Assembly: GCA_023334545.1 (NCBI GenBank)
Contig: JAADVB010000082.1
Span: 1-64,000 of the forward strand
Direction of reading: 5' to 3'
DNA length: 64,000 nucleotides
DNA from: Salisapilia sapeloensis CBS 127946
Taxonomy: Eukaryota > Protista > Oomycota
In this document: piece by piece, positions 1-12,323 of the stretch
Layout: each line of letters opens with the position of its first letter
Position numbering within the stretch: position 1 is the stretch's first letter
The notes under the pieces: generated by a model
Seen by the model: the letters and a program-made list of their open reading frames with translations, nothing else
What the model was told of the DNA's origin: nothing
The model's database searches: none
Translations under genes and position numbers: made by a program

Positions 1-619
1 TCCAAAAACAACTCGCAGCAATCAACTGGAAGATTTAACATACCGGCAACGCCGTCTACCTCTAGTTGTTTGTCGGAATGGGAAGCAAAAAGACTGGATG
101 GGCCTTCGCCGTGGAGCGTTCAAGGCAGCCAACAGCAACTTAAAATGATACTGGAACTCAAATAGTGCTGTCTGTTCACGCTCCACATACACAGATGGTG
201 GTCTCAGAACGTCTCCTGCAATCTTGGTGCGGGACCAAGACAACACACAGCAATTCGATACTTGGGCCTTGCTATATCGGACTAGTTCCGAAATGCACTT
301 CAAATCTTTGTCGTCTGTGCGGTCTCCGTCGAGCAGCTTGTGACATCATCTACCTACATGGCATGCGCCTTAGCGATATTCATGTGGACGACGACTGCCG
401 TCTTGCTTCACGAGAGGATCCCCGACCTTTGCAGGTCGAGGGGAGCCGAGTACTTTTATTATTGAAAACACGACTACCTTTGTTTGACCTGCAATCATCC
501 GTTCTAATTCCATCCTCTGCTATTCTTTTGCACATCGAAATGGTCAACTATCATAAGTATAATCATAGCTGCATTGATTTCAATAAATCTTCTCGCAAGG
601 GCGGTCATGTTGGATCACC

Positions 620-984
620 GACTGACCGACAGCGGAAAGCTCCAAACCACTTTTCCTGCCAAGTTTCCAGTCGTTCGTATGTACCCCATTATGTAACAGA
701 CATGCTACTGTCCGTTTTGTGTTCACCGTGCTCCATGTAGCTGCTGGCAACCACCGATGCCTTACTTGGACACAGCTCACCACGATATGGTATAAGCCAT
801 GCTTGAATTCAAATACTACTGCCATAGAGAATGCTTTGCATACATGGAGTTGAAAAGTACTCTGGCTACCAACCCCAGTGACTTAGATATTAAGATGGTG
901 GATGACCCAAAGAACGCCATGTGTGACATAGCAATGACACTTGCCATGGCTGGGAACTCAGCATGTACGGTGGAAAAACTTTAG
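620..984 (+). pseudogene. Cytochrome P450 pseudogene, 3' fragment (heme-binding region to C-terminus); inverted copy of 16787-17110
   Basis: KFPVV|intron|AGNHRCL (degenerate FxxGxRxC heme motif), then FAYMELKSTLATNPSDLDIKMVDDPKNAMCDIAMTLA. Aligns in reverse complement to the P450 pseudogene at 16.8-17.1 kb. Interrupted by an insertion, and no upstream P450 sequence is recognisable. Confidence 0.75.
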
Positions 985-1340
985 CCATTAAAACGATTAA
1001 AAAATGAAATTTATTGTTGTGGCTGGAAGAGTTCGAGTACTCTTGTCGGTTGTAATGCTGCAGTGTCGAGTTCGAGGTTTGTCATCTCTATCTTTAGTGA
1101 ATTGCATCAGTAGGATCGAGGAACTAGTGTATGTCGAGGACAACGCTTGAGATTTAAGCATAGGTACTGCTGAATCAGTGACTAGTGCAGAGTTTTGCTA
1201 CGAGGAATTGTTTGACGTAAGCTTCCAAGCAGTCTTTAAAAGCCGTCGAGTGACTACCAACGCGTTGGTCGTGTGCACGTAATCAGAAGCCAAGACACTC
1301 TCTTCGCACTTTTTTGGTTTGAGTACGTCAGAGTGGTCCA

Positions 1341-2946
1341 ATGCGTGGGATGTATTGGAGCGGCAAGTATGAACCTGAGGCACCGGAGATCACGTCCGAG
1401 GATGCCGCTAGGATCAAGACACTTGCGACAAGCCTGGTCCGGGATGTTTTGCGTGAATACGATGAGACTGGGACGGATGAGTTCAGTTCGAAGCGTTGGA
1501 AGATTGTTGGACGGCGCAAGACGCTCACTGCTTACAAAGAGCGCTATCCGTCTCGGGAAGCCGTTACCACAGATGAAGACTCGCAACTTTCGTCTGACTC
1601 CAGTGCCAGCACGAATCAATGGAGTCTCCCCAAAGCCATCATCGGTCTAGGCGAAGGTAATTTGATTATTAAATCTATACTCGATCGATATTCGTATGGC
1701 GTAGCATGTCATTGAGTATCCAATTACTCATAAAAATACTACTCTGGAGTACTCCATGACTATGTTCTATTTGCTGATAATTTGTGTACTATGCGTAGTG
1801 GACGGCACATTGGACGACGTGATGCTCGGCATGACTTCACCCTCGATGCAGAAGATGCTGCTCAAGAACGCCTACATGGAAGCGGATGTGGCGGACTCTA
1901 GAGTGCTGGAGACGATCGAAGCACCGACGCCTGATCGGCCTTACCATTTGCTCGCGCTTAAATGGTTTCTATATGCCCCTGGTGGCAAATTTACGAAGTT
2001 CGTAAAGCTCCGAGACCTTCTTGCCTTGGACAGCACAGGGATCATCGAACGGAAAAATGGAGAGCGCATCGGGTACCAGCTCTTCCACAGTCTCGATTTC
2101 CCAGGGTGCAGCAATGAGGACAAAGGTATTCTCCGCATGCGCTCATCGACCTGCTACCTATTCAAGCAAAAAGGCAACAAGGTTAGCGTCTACATCAAAG
2201 GCTATGTGGAAGACTTTGGGCAGCTCCTAACTACGCTTGTCCTCCGTATGATGGCCAGAATGTTTCTCGTGAGCTGGAACGCCGTGACGATCGCCAACCA
2301 TAAGAAGCTCGACTACCTCATCCACCTCCAGCATGAAGGAGGAAGCAAACGTCAGGAAGAGGATGGTACAACTCCAGGCGCGTGTGGGATCTGCTCCAAG
2401 ACCGCCGGACATACCACGAAGCTGGTGACATGTAACTTGTGTGAGACTCCTCTCTGCAGCGCATGCCGTAAGTGCGACACGCACTACCGTATAGTTCGTG
2501 GTAATAAGCTCCAGAAGTCAACTAGCACGACGTGCGGTCCGTGTATGGATAAAGTGTGCAACTACAGCGCCTTTGTCGTGGCTCGTCATGAATTGGTGGA
2601 AGAAGGTGTGGGTGAGCAATGGGGGACGGAGACCGTGTCTCGGACGAGCGAGACTAATACCGATGTTACAGCCCATCAAAGTGGCGAAAGCATCTCTTCG
2701 AGCGATTCAGTGTCCGCGGCGGACATGAGCGAATGGGAGGTCGAGTCACCTGAATTTATGAACGTTGACGACGCCGCCGACATGGAATGCTGGCGGGATC
2801 TGGCGTCGCATATGCCGGAAGATTTCAATGATACGAGCCAGATGAGGCGATCTGCCTGGCATGAGATGACGCAAAGGCGAGTCGCGGCAACCGGAAGCAA
2901 GCTAGTGCTGACTGAGTTGGAACAGAGAGCAAGTGCTACAGGATAA
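1341..2946 (+). CDS. START/SRPBCC-like lipid-binding domain + FYVE-type zinc finger protein (copy A); intron 1657-1798
   Basis: Exon 1 MRGMYW...LGE joins VDGTLDDVMLG across a GT-AG intron. START-like motifs (GTLDDVM, RDLLALDSTG, IGYQLFHSLDFP), NHKKL helix, Cys pattern CxxC...CxxC...CxxC...CxxC. Typical oomycete START-FYVE family. Confidence 0.85.
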
Positions 2947-3841
2947 GAAGCAAGCATTCGCATGTCGTCAGATAGAGACTGGTAATGCGTGTATAAACTT
3001 TGTTTCTTCCTCTCGACTTGCTGAGATCAGTTCCGTTGGCGCCAGGTTTCAGCTACAGAGTCACTGTCGAACGCAAGCGCTTGCGCAAGAGACTTCACTT
3101 CGTCGAGAGCTTGTGAACATGATCTCGAGATGAAGTTCCGGAAAGTAGAGTTCATAATGGGTATTGATGTACAGAGAAAGAGATGAACAGTTGATGCTTT
3201 GGTCTAGCTCAATGGACGCACTGCAGGTAGCACAGTACTGAGATTATTACAGACGCACATCCCGATGACGATTGACTTGAACTGAAGCATCGAAGCAGCC
3301 TAAAAGCGTGTTAACATAGAGCATTTCAGGTATGCCCATCACGTGTCGACTAAACTTACGGTAGAAGTACCTACGGTCATCCTTACTGTTTTGCAGCATT
3401 ATGCAGAAGAGACTGGATTGCATAGAGCATATTTCTTGAACAGGATGGACGGAGTGATAGGTGCTATTACAAACATAAACGTACTCTCGGGCAGTTGGCG
3501 AAGTTCCTGATAGGCATGTACAGAGATATGCTCTTTGGGTAAGGAAGAGCCTCTACACTTGTAAAAGTACTATGATAGAATAATGGCTATCTTATCGTAC
3601 GGTATAAGCATGAAAGGGTACGTAAAGACCAAACTGCCTTAGTCTTTTCCGTCACTTCTGCTTCTCTCGGACGCTTTCTGGACTGAGAGACTAGAGAAGT
3701 CTTGTGTGGATACAGAGCACATCATAGTGGCAACCCGATTCGATTTGACAACTGCTGACCACTCCCTATTGAAGAATTTCGTAGTTGACTGCGTAGTGCC
3801 AAGCCGGTGCAGTCCACAAATTTCTACGCAAGACAAACAAG

Positions 3842-5691
3842 ATGACAGTCGACCACTACAAGGCGGACACATTCGACCCGATCGAGCTCACGGAGGAGCA
3901 AAAAATCGATGTCAAGCGCATCGCACTAGGCCTCGTCCAGGACACGCTTGTCGACTACGATGAGGTACTTTAACTCTTCCTTCGTTTTATGCACCTATCC
4001 AAAGTTATCCTCAGTTCCTGGCATGACCAAGCTGCCGGATGTGGTAATATGGTTGAATGCATGATATAAATGTATTTATATCAATAGATAGAACATTATT
4101 GTCTCCTTGAGACCATTGACTCATCTTATACTTCTATTCATATGGCAATGTACTAACGCGTTCCTACCTATGGTACCAGTTCGACCGTTCTATCCCTCGA
4201 GCCTTAGATCCAAAGTATTGGAAACCCGTGCGCACCCGTGACGCACTTACCATTTATACAGAGCGCACGAACTCAGCGGCTGAAAAGTTTGGTCGACGCA
4301 ACGACGCAGGGAGTAACTCGGCTAGCGACAGTAGCGAAACCGAGTGGCAGGCTCCGCGACTACTTGTGGGCACGGGATCGGTTCCAGGCACGCTCGACGA
4401 TGTCATGTATGGAACAATGGCGCCGGATGAGGCGCAGCTGATGCAGTGTTCGGCCTTCGCGTCAGTTCGTGCAATTGACGGACAGCTTCTCACTGCGATC
4501 GAGAAACCCACACCGGACCAGCCTTACCGCAGCCTGACCCTTCAGATGACAGTGAACGAGATGATATTGCCTGCCCCCATCCGTGGCATGGTCAAGCCAC
4601 GTGACCTGGTCATCATCGTCGCGACTGGTATTCTAAAGAGAGGCGAGAATGAGCGCATTGGGTACCACTTGTACCATAGCCTAGACTTGTCGGAGGCGCC
4701 TTCTCAGGTGAACATTTCTGGCATCGTCCGCGCTCGACTCTCGCAGTCGATGATCTTCAAAGAGGTCTCGCCTGGCTCGGTAGACGTCTACATCAAGGGA
4801 TACTTTGAGCTGTTCGGCCGCGTGATGGACTCAGTCGCCAACAAAGGTATCCTCTTACTATAGAAAGCATCTCTTTCATATATACTTAAAACGTTTCTGT
4901 GTCCAGTGATGGCAAATGGGCTCTTGACAAGTCACGCCGCTCTGGAGGTAGCCTACCATAAGAAAATCTCATGGCTAGCCCAGTCGCAGCGCGAGTACGA
5001 ATTCAACAACTCGATCGTAAAGGATGATGTTCGTCGTGCAACCATTTGCGCCGAGTGCAGCAAGCGTTTCAATCCGCTACGAAAGCGATATCCGTGCTAC
5101 TTGTGTCACGATGTCTTGTGTGCGAACTGCGGTGTCAACCGTCGGAGCATCGATGTTGTCCCTCGGCTAAAGGCCGTGCGACGACAGATCAAGATGTGTC
5201 GCCGGTGCATGCTCCGAGTTTCCCAGGAAAGCACGTTTCGAGTGGCGAGGCAAGAGGTGCTCGCTGGTAGGTACGAGAACAGGGAAGGAACGACTCTCGT
5301 CTACCGGTCGGGCTTCCAATGGAGCGATGATGACGGCTCAGCCAGTATGAGTGATCGCAGCTCATGTGAAGGAGAGCTCATCGACCTGGGTAAGATGTCG
5401 CTGAGCTCGGTAGCGTCGACGCCGTTGGGTAGCTTTGTGAACCTTGCGACACCGAGCTCGACGTCGAGTGGCCGGAGCTTCAATGATCCTTCGGCTAGCA
5501 TGGGCTTCTCGGACGACGAAGAATGGGACAAGATCATTGCCGAGGCGAATCACTTGGACATTGTGGAGGGGGAGCAGATAGCCATGTCGGATGACAGCAA
5601 GCGTCAGAAGGCTTGGGTCAAGATGACGGAGAAGCGCATTGCCGCTGGCGCCCAGACTACCGTTGAGGAGGAAAAGTCCGCGAGTAAGTAG
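3842..5691 (+). CDS. START-FYVE protein (copy B); introns 3965-4179 and 4847-4906
   Basis: Exon 1 MTVDHYKADTFDPIELTEEQK...DYDE (missed by the ORF track), exon 2 FDRSIPRALDPKYWKPVRTRD...GTLDDVMYG, exon 3 with CAEC...CYLC..VLCANC...CRRC zinc finger. Confidence 0.85.
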
Positions 5692-6176
5692 CAATGTGAA
5701 AAGTCTTTACATGTCCAGTGGTGCCAAAACATCACGTTGTTAAATCTGCATCTAGTCCTAGATCGAGACTAGTAGATTGAAAAATGAATCCGACGTTGTA
5801 TTTGTGTCTTTTATGATGAAAGGAGCTCTTCGCTTGTAGAAAACCGTCCCGCCTTCACTTAATATCGACAACTGATGCTAGAATGACAGAAGTTTCTAAC
5901 ATGATCGAGTACTCCAACTTTCCTGGCAGATAAGTATCGACCGATCTATTCCATTTTGATCGAATACGGGATAGTGAATCGCATCCGGTGGTAGCATACA
6001 GTGCCACTACTCGACGATAGACAGATACCGGATGGGAAGACCGATGTAATGGTCGGAATAAAGCATCTGGATACGATGGACTCGAACTATTTCGCTCAAA
6101 CTTGCACCGGCGACAAGGGCTTTGAGGAGGATAGATAGACCGCCCTTAGTTCGAAATTTCTCCAGGAAGTGTCAAT

Positions 6177-7859
6177 ATGCAGTGGACGTCGAACGCGTTT
6201 CCACCTACGGAGCTTTCGCCTCGGCAGATTGCGGACTGCAAACGAATTGCGATGGGACTTGTTTTAGATACGCTACGGGACTACGATGTGGTATGTAGCA
6301 AAGCACTTAAAAGACTTTCATTCTTGTCTTCTTGATCTAATCCTATCTAGTTTGACAAGACTGTTCCGCGGGAATTTGACAGTACGTCTTGTGGGTAGCT
6401 ATCCATGTCATCTACGTCTAACCTCAAGTCCCTTTGTAGAGGATTATTGGAAGCCTGTGCGTTCGAAGGAGAATTTGACAGTGTATCGCAAGCGCAAGCA
6501 GAAACACTTCCAAAGGCTCCAGTCGCGAGGAGTGGAGGGTGAATGGGAGAAACCTCGATTGCTCGTGGGTAACGGGACAATGAATGCGACGCTAGACGAG
6601 GTCATGCACGCGTTATGCGCTCCTGACGACGCTGCATTCATGCACCTCATAGCGTACTCGAATGTTGACATTGTCGATGGGCAGACGCTGGCCGTGATGG
6701 AGAAACCAACACCGGATCAGCCGTTTCATATGCTCAAGTTGCAGTGGATTTTAAACGTACCACCAGGTCCGCTACGGGGTGTGGTCAAGCCACGAGATCT
6801 GGTCTACATCTACGCCTCGGGTATCATCCGCCGCGACAATGATGAAGACATAGGCTACTTGCTCTCTCACTCGATTGATCTACCATCGCTTGGGAGCTTA
6901 TCATCTCGCGGCTTCATTCGCTCTCGCTTGTCCTCCTGCGCGCTATTCAAGCATACAGGCCCAAACACCGTCGACGTATATATGAAAGCATATTTTGAAG
7001 CCATGGGTAAAGTCCTCGATAGTGTTTCCATGGTAAGTTCCGACATCTATTATGCAGCTATCTCGCAGTATAATGTGTATCGTAGCTTGTCGTCGCCAAT
7101 GCACTACTATTATGCTGGAATGCAACTGAATGTGCAAATCAAAAGAAGCTGGCGTGGCTACTAAAGCAGCAAGGTGCGAATCGAAGGAGTGGAAATTTGG
7201 GCACTGCTACATACTGTACAATATGCAAGAAGACGTTTGGCGCACTTCGGAAGCGGAAAGATTGTGCAATGTGTACACTTCCGATGTGCTTGAGCTGTGG
7301 TATAACTCGAGAGCAATATGATATAGCGTCCGAACTGCGTCTTCGAAAGAAAATGGTGACACTTTGTGCCCAATGCAAGGTGGCAATTCAACATGAAAGT
7401 TCGTATAAAGTAGCGAGGGAAGAGGTCGCTGCTGGACGCTTCGCTACAGGCTCGGGAGCCAACACCGTGCCTCTCTTGGAGTCGAATGTGAGGTATAGTT
7501 ACGAAAATTCGTTACTAGAAGTTGGTACAGGCATGGATGCAACGCTATCGCTAGCAGCTTCGACAGCGCCGATGGCAATGGGGAGCTTGACAAGTCTAAC
7601 GATGTCACACGATGAGCAGACGAGTCAATCGACACCACATGGCAGTATTTCTTTATCGAGTTTACTTTTCGACGCATCCGAGCCTGGAGACGGCAGTGAT
7701 GATGAGGAATGGACTCGGGTCGTGGACGAGATCAAGCGCACATCCACTGATGAGTCAGGCGACCTGCACGATGCACAACGGCAGATCGCTTGGATCACCA
7801 TGACAAAGGAACGACTTGCACCCAAAAGCGAGCCAGAGACATCTTCGATTCCAGAGTAG
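6177..7859 (+). CDS. START-FYVE protein (copy C); introns 6291-6350, 6382-6439, 7033-7085
   Basis: Spliced product MQWTSNAFPPTELS...DYWKPVRSKE...GTMNATLDEVM...ANALLLCWNATECANQKKLAW...CTICKK..CAMC..MCLSC..CAQC. Paralogous to copy B. Confidence 0.85.
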
Positions 7860-7932
7860 ACAATGAAATAAAGTACCAGTTTCCAGCAATTATCTATCCT
7901 CCCTTCATACCGATATCGGCATCGTGGTGGAG

Positions 7933-7974
7933 ATGTAGACCCTCATGATGGATATGTAGACCCTCGTGATGGAT
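7933..7974. repeat. 21-bp tandem duplication upstream of the glucosyltransferase
   Basis: atgtagaccctcatgatggat / atgtagaccctcgtgatggat (1 mismatch). Confidence 0.85.
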
Positions 7975-8131
7975 ATTTCGACCAACTCGGGCTTTGAACC
8001 CATTACGACTGTCTCACGTGGATTCTTTTCGTTGAACATCGTCCAATCGCTGAATTTTTCCACCTTGAATATCCAATCGACCGACCGTAGGGAGAGACTT
8101 CCAGTCCGATTCTCCGACCAAGCTCAGGAGG

Positions 8132-11100
8132 ATGGAGAGAAGCCGAGTACAACCGCCTGCCCCCAAGCTATCGATATGTCTACTTGCCGTCGGCTCCATT
8201 GCCGACATCCAGCCCTTCCTCTCGATTGCCATCAAGTTACAACAAGATGGACACAACGTTCGACTCGCCACGCACGATGCCCATCGTGGCCTTGTCGTCA
8301 AGCACGGTATTCCGTTCTACCCCCTCGCTGGTAGTCCAGCCGAAATGGAGGTTGCGAGGGCTCAGTCGAGTGGATATCTAACGCCCATGCCACTCGGCTC
8401 GACCGGCGCGACGTTCTATAAACCGGATAAGAGCTCCTCTAAACGTCGACGGAAGCTCGTCGACGCCATCTTACGGAGCACTTGGCCTGCCGTCTCAGCT
8501 GAAGACATTGAGACCTTGGAGCCGTTTAGAGCGCAATTAATCGTATCGTCCCCAGAGGCCTTTGGCCATATCCACGTCGCAGAAAAGCTCGGCGTACCAC
8601 TGCATCTGTTCTCGGTGCAGCCATCGGTACCGACCTCTGCCTTCCCCCACCCGATCTCGAATCGGCGGCAAGACGTAGCATCGGCTGACCAGCCGTCGAC
8701 ACTAGCGGCATCTTCCTACTCGACGATTTCAGGCAATTCCTCTCCCGAGTCACGCAAAGCGTCCAACACGGACGTCCTCGTGGGCGAATCTGCGTCTTCC
8801 TCTCGCACGAATTATTTATCGTACAAGTTCATTGACTTGCTACTATGGCAAGGTCTTCGTAGTCTAGTCAATCGATTCCGGACGGAAGAACTAGGACTAG
8901 ACGAAGTGCCGAGAGGAGACTTTGGTCGCAAGATGCTCCAAGTGCTGCAAGTCCCACAGTCATTCATGTGGAGCACGCTCCTCGCGCTACAACCGACCGA
9001 CTGGGCACCATACCAGGAAGTCGTAGGTGTCATCGCCCCCGTCGCCAAAGGAGATGATATCCTTGAAGCGTACGAAGAGCAGGCTCCAGATCAACTAGTC
9101 TCTTTCCTAGACACCCACGAACCTCCCATCCTCGTCGATTTCTCTGCTATTCATGTCAAACACCCTGAATCGACGATCAAAATGGTTGTTGATGCAGCTA
9201 CTGAAATAAATAATCTACCTCTCGTCATCTCGCTCTCGACGTCCACAAGCATAAGTGGACATCACCCAGATCACGTCTGTGTCGTCTACTTAACAGACGC
9301 CCAACGGACGTGGCTACTATCTAAAGTCTCGGGCGTCGTGCATCCAGGTCTCGGCGCAGAGTCCTGCGCATGCCTCGTGGCTGGGAAGCCAGAGTTTACC
9401 GTGCCGCTTATGGGCGATCAACCGTTCTGGGGCTGTGCCATCGCTAAAGCCGGCGCTGGCGTTACTCCCACGGCCTTCTCCAAGCTCACGGCCAAGAGGC
9501 TCGCACAAGCATTCGATCGTCTAACGAGCTCGACGATCCAAGCCACGGCCGAAGCTCTATCCGATGAGCTTCAGATGGAAGGATCCATCCATCACGCCGT
9601 CAAGAGCGTGTACCACCACCTCCCTCTCGATCGCATGTATTGCGACAATGGCTGTCGACGTGTAGCGACGCGATGGAGTCCGAACGATAAGCGTAAGCTG
9701 TGCGATACATGTGAGGAGACGGAAGCCACACGTAAGGGACGTAGGAGACAGGACGTCCAGCCGTGTCGCTACGTGGACTACGCTTCTCCTACCTCTGTCA
9801 CGTCGACGTGGAAAGGTGTCGCTGTGGGTACAGGAGCACTCTTCCAGGAGATCGGAGGAGGCGTCAAAGACCTCGTGATGATGCCAGCGCATGGGTATCG
9901 CGATGAAGGTCTTAAAGGCGCAACGTCTGGACTTGTCAAAGGTGTCGGCGAGTTCTTCAAGCGTCCGGTCAAAGGCGTCGCGATCATGAAAGGGAGCATC
10001 GAGTCCGGCCATCGCGCAGGGAAGAACAAGTCGGCCGTCGTGGTGGTAAAGGAAGAGAAGAAGAAACTCACGTCCAAGAACGCAGCGAGACGTAGCGACA
10101 GTAGCGACGATCTCATGTTCACTAGCATCGACCCAGCACCTTCGAGTAAACAGCGCGAAGCCATGCAAATGACCTACTTGTCTCTCCTCACAGGCGAAAG
10201 CAGTCAGGAGCAGTCGCGTGGCTTCCAATCCGTCTACGCCATGGGATCATACGCCGAGTCCGAGTCCGAGTCTTCCGTCTCGGAAAAGAGCTTCTTCGAT
10301 CCGGACGTTGCGCCACACATGAGCATCTGCATGATCGCCACGGGCGGGTGGGAAGAGAACGTCCAACAGTTTGTAGCAGTAGGTAAACGATTGCAGCAAG
10401 ACGGCCATCGCGTTCGAGTAGCGGCGCATGGAGACTGTCGATATCAAGTATTGAAAGCTGGCCTTGAGTTCTATCCGTTGGGTGGAGGCGCCAACACGAT
10501 CTTTGAGTTTGCTTACTACGTTGGTCTGAAGCGACTGCGGAAGAACCGCGTCGGATCTTCCAGCGGGCCAGAGCTCTTGAAAGGAACGCAGTACCACGAC
10601 CTGGCGTCCATGAAGGCTTTGATCGAGTCACTCTGGCCGGCATGCGTCGCGCCAGACCCGCTCGACCCGACGCAGCCGTTCATGGCCGACGCAATCATCA
10701 GTCATCCGCTCCTATACGGCCAGACACTCGTCGCGGAACGTCTCGGTGTCCCTATGCACTGCATGGGTGGCTTTCCCTTGACACGCACGAAAGCCTTCCC
10801 GCACCTCATGAGCTCCGACCTGCCGCAGACCAAGCTCTATGCGAACAGCAAGTCGTATGCCGAGACGTATGACTTGATGAACGAGATGGCGTTGGGTGAA
10901 ATCATCCCGCTCCTCGATAGTTTCCGCCAGAGTCTGTCGCTCCAAGGTCGGTGCAACTATGACCATTTGCTCGACAAGTGGAATGTCCCGCATTCGTACT
11001 TGTATCCAGAGGTGTTACTACCTCCTCCGAGCGACTGGGATGAGAATATCGTCGTCGCGGGGTATGCCGACCTGCCGGAGACGATTGAAGCGGATGAGGA

Positions 11101-11995
11101 GGAGATGGTGAGTGAGGAAGAAGGACGGATGCTAGAGTTTGTCGAGAGACAGCCGGAGCAGTCGGTCATCTACGTTGGCTTCCAACGAGGCGAGTGGATT
11201 GCGAAAGACGTCGGAGCTTTCCTCCAGACACTCGACCAGGCCGCATCCGCCAGTCAAGTCCAAGTCATCCTGCAGCTCTTTGGCGAAAAGGACGGCGACT
11301 CGCCACAAGGACAAAGCGGCGCGTCGGTGCTCCAGGTACGTCCGACGTTGGACGTCCGTCGGATCCTGCCCTTCGTCCACGCGGCCTTACAGCCTGGAGA
11401 CATCGCCACGACGTCGAGGTGTCTCAAGGCTGGTAAACCCATCTGCATCGTCCCGATCACACCTCGAGAACGGTTTTGGGGATTTGCAACCATCCACTCT
11501 GGTGCTGGCGTCGGGATGCTCGAAAGAAGGCAGTTGCTGTCAGCCGAGATGCTGTCCCACGCGTTCGAGCAATTGCTGGATCCTGAACGAGTGGTCAAGG
11601 CGGCACAGGTTGGCGAGAAAATATCCACGTCCGAAGCCGTCGATGCAGCAGCAGCATCATTCTACGCTGCGTTGCCGGTGTCGGCCATGCGCTGCGATGT
11701 GGATCCGACGAGAGTCGCCCGATTCTACGACCCTGTGAACAGGATCAAGATGTCTGGCGCAGCGACAGCAGCTGTGAATGAGCTCGACGGACAGGAATCC
11801 AAGCTACTACCTTACCAACCGCTCGTCTACTCTCAAGACGAACTCCCTGCGCTCATGCTGGATAAAATCAGTGAGCTCGAGAAGGCTTCGGAGAAACCTG
11901 CAGCGGAGAAGAGGATCGTGCCGCCGTCACCGTCACCATCGCCGACATCTAGGCCCGGCACATTTGGCTTCTTTGGGGCGATGAAAGCCATGTGA
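8132..11995 (+). CDS. Sterol 3-beta-glucosyltransferase-like protein (GT1) with two tandem GT-B modules
   Basis: Module 1: ICLLAVGSIADIQPF..GHNVRLATH..FYPL, SSPEAFGHIHVAEKLGVP, PLMGDQPFWG. Module 2: SICMIATGG..NVQQF..GHRVRVAAH..FYPL, DAIISHP..AERLGVP. The linker has CxxxC...CxxC and an ATG2/VPS13-C-like Gly-rich amphipathic stretch. Single 1287-aa ORF. Confidence 0.85.
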   Translation: MERSRVQPPAPKLSICLLAVGSIADIQPFLSIAIKLQQDGHNVRLATHDAHRGLVVKHGIPFYPLAGSPAEMEVARAQSSGYLTPMPLGSTGATFYKPDKSSSKRRRKLVDAILRSTWPAVSAEDIETLEPFRAQLIVSSPEAFGHIHVAEKLGVPLHLFSVQPSVPTSAFPHPISNRRQDVASADQPSTLAASSYSTISGNSSPESRKASNTDVLVGESASSSRTNYLSYKFIDLLLWQGLRSLVNRFRTEELGLDEVPRGDFGRKMLQVLQVPQSFMWSTLLALQPTDWAPYQEVVGVIAPVAKGDDILEAYEEQAPDQLVSFLDTHEPPILVDFSAIHVKHPESTIKMVVDAATEINNLPLVISLSTSTSISGHHPDHVCVVYLTDAQRTWLLSKVSGVVHPGLGAESCACLVAGKPEFTVPLMGDQPFWGCAIAKAGAGVTPTAFSKLTAKRLAQAFDRLTSSTIQATAEALSDELQMEGSIHHAVKSVYHHLPLDRMYCDNGCRRVATRWSPNDKRKLCDTCEETEATRKGRRRQDVQPCRYVDYASPTSVTSTWKGVAVGTGALFQEIGGGVKDLVMMPAHGYRDEGLKGATSGLVKGVGEFFKRPVKGVAIMKGSIESGHRAGKNKSAVVVVKEEKKKLTSKNAARRSDSSDDLMFTSIDPAPSSKQREAMQMTYLSLLTGESSQEQSRGFQSVYAMGSYAESESESSVSEKSFFDPDVAPHMSICMIATGGWEENVQQFVAVGKRLQQDGHRVRVAAHGDCRYQVLKAGLEFYPLGGGANTIFEFAYYVGLKRLRKNRVGSSSGPELLKGTQYHDLASMKALIESLWPACVAPDPLDPTQPFMADAIISHPLLYGQTLVAERLGVPMHCMGGFPLTRTKAFPHLMSSDLPQTKLYANSKSYAETYDLMNEMALGEIIPLLDSFRQSLSLQGRCNYDHLLDKWNVPHSYLYPEVLLPPPSDWDENIVVAGYADLPETIEADEEEMVSEEEGRMLEFVERQPEQSVIYVGFQRGEWIAKDVGAFLQTLDQAASASQVQVILQLFGEKDGDSPQGQSGASVLQVRPTLDVRRILPFVHAALQPGDIATTSRCLKAGKPICIVPITPRERFWGFATIHSGAGVGMLERRQLLSAEMLSHAFEQLLDPERVVKAAQVGEKISTSEAVDAAAASFYAALPVSAMRCDVDPTRVARFYDPVNRIKMSGAATAAVNELDGQESKLLPYQPLVYSQDELPALMLDKISELEKASEKPAAEKRIVPPSPSPSPTSRPGTFGFFGAMKAM

Positions 11996-12323
11996 GCGCA
12001 CTCGTCTGCACAAGCTGAGGTGCATACGTACATGTAAGAAAAGAAAATATACGAAGTTTCTGCTTTCATTGTCCGAGTCGAGTGGTAACCTAGGCAAGTA
12101 TGATGTACTCGTATGCATGAATTCACATAGTTCAACACAGTCGTGCTTATTCAATTTTAATTTTAATTTCAAATTTGTTAATGTAGAATCAATCTTCCTC
12201 GGCATTTTTCTCCTCACGAGTGGTGTGGACCCCTGCGACAATTTGTTTCTAGTTCATCTACCGTCACGCCTTGTGGCGCATGCTATCATCCAATGTCGCC
12301 CTCGCCTCCGCTCTTAAAATATC

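Larger units (their letters stand above)
620..5691 (+). repeat. Left arm of ~5 kb inverted segmental duplication (P450 pseudogene + START-FYVE A + START-FYVE B)
   Basis: Genes, introns and intergenic DNA align to the reverse complement of 12189-17110. Examples: 1030-1090 vs 16680-16740; 3065-3130 vs 14620-14690; 3728-3770 vs 14125-14165. Confidence 0.9.

Noticed and set aside
1-600. ORFs 22-303 and 165-740
   Set aside because: No recognisable family, outside the inverted-repeat homology; probably decayed repeat or intergenic DNA.
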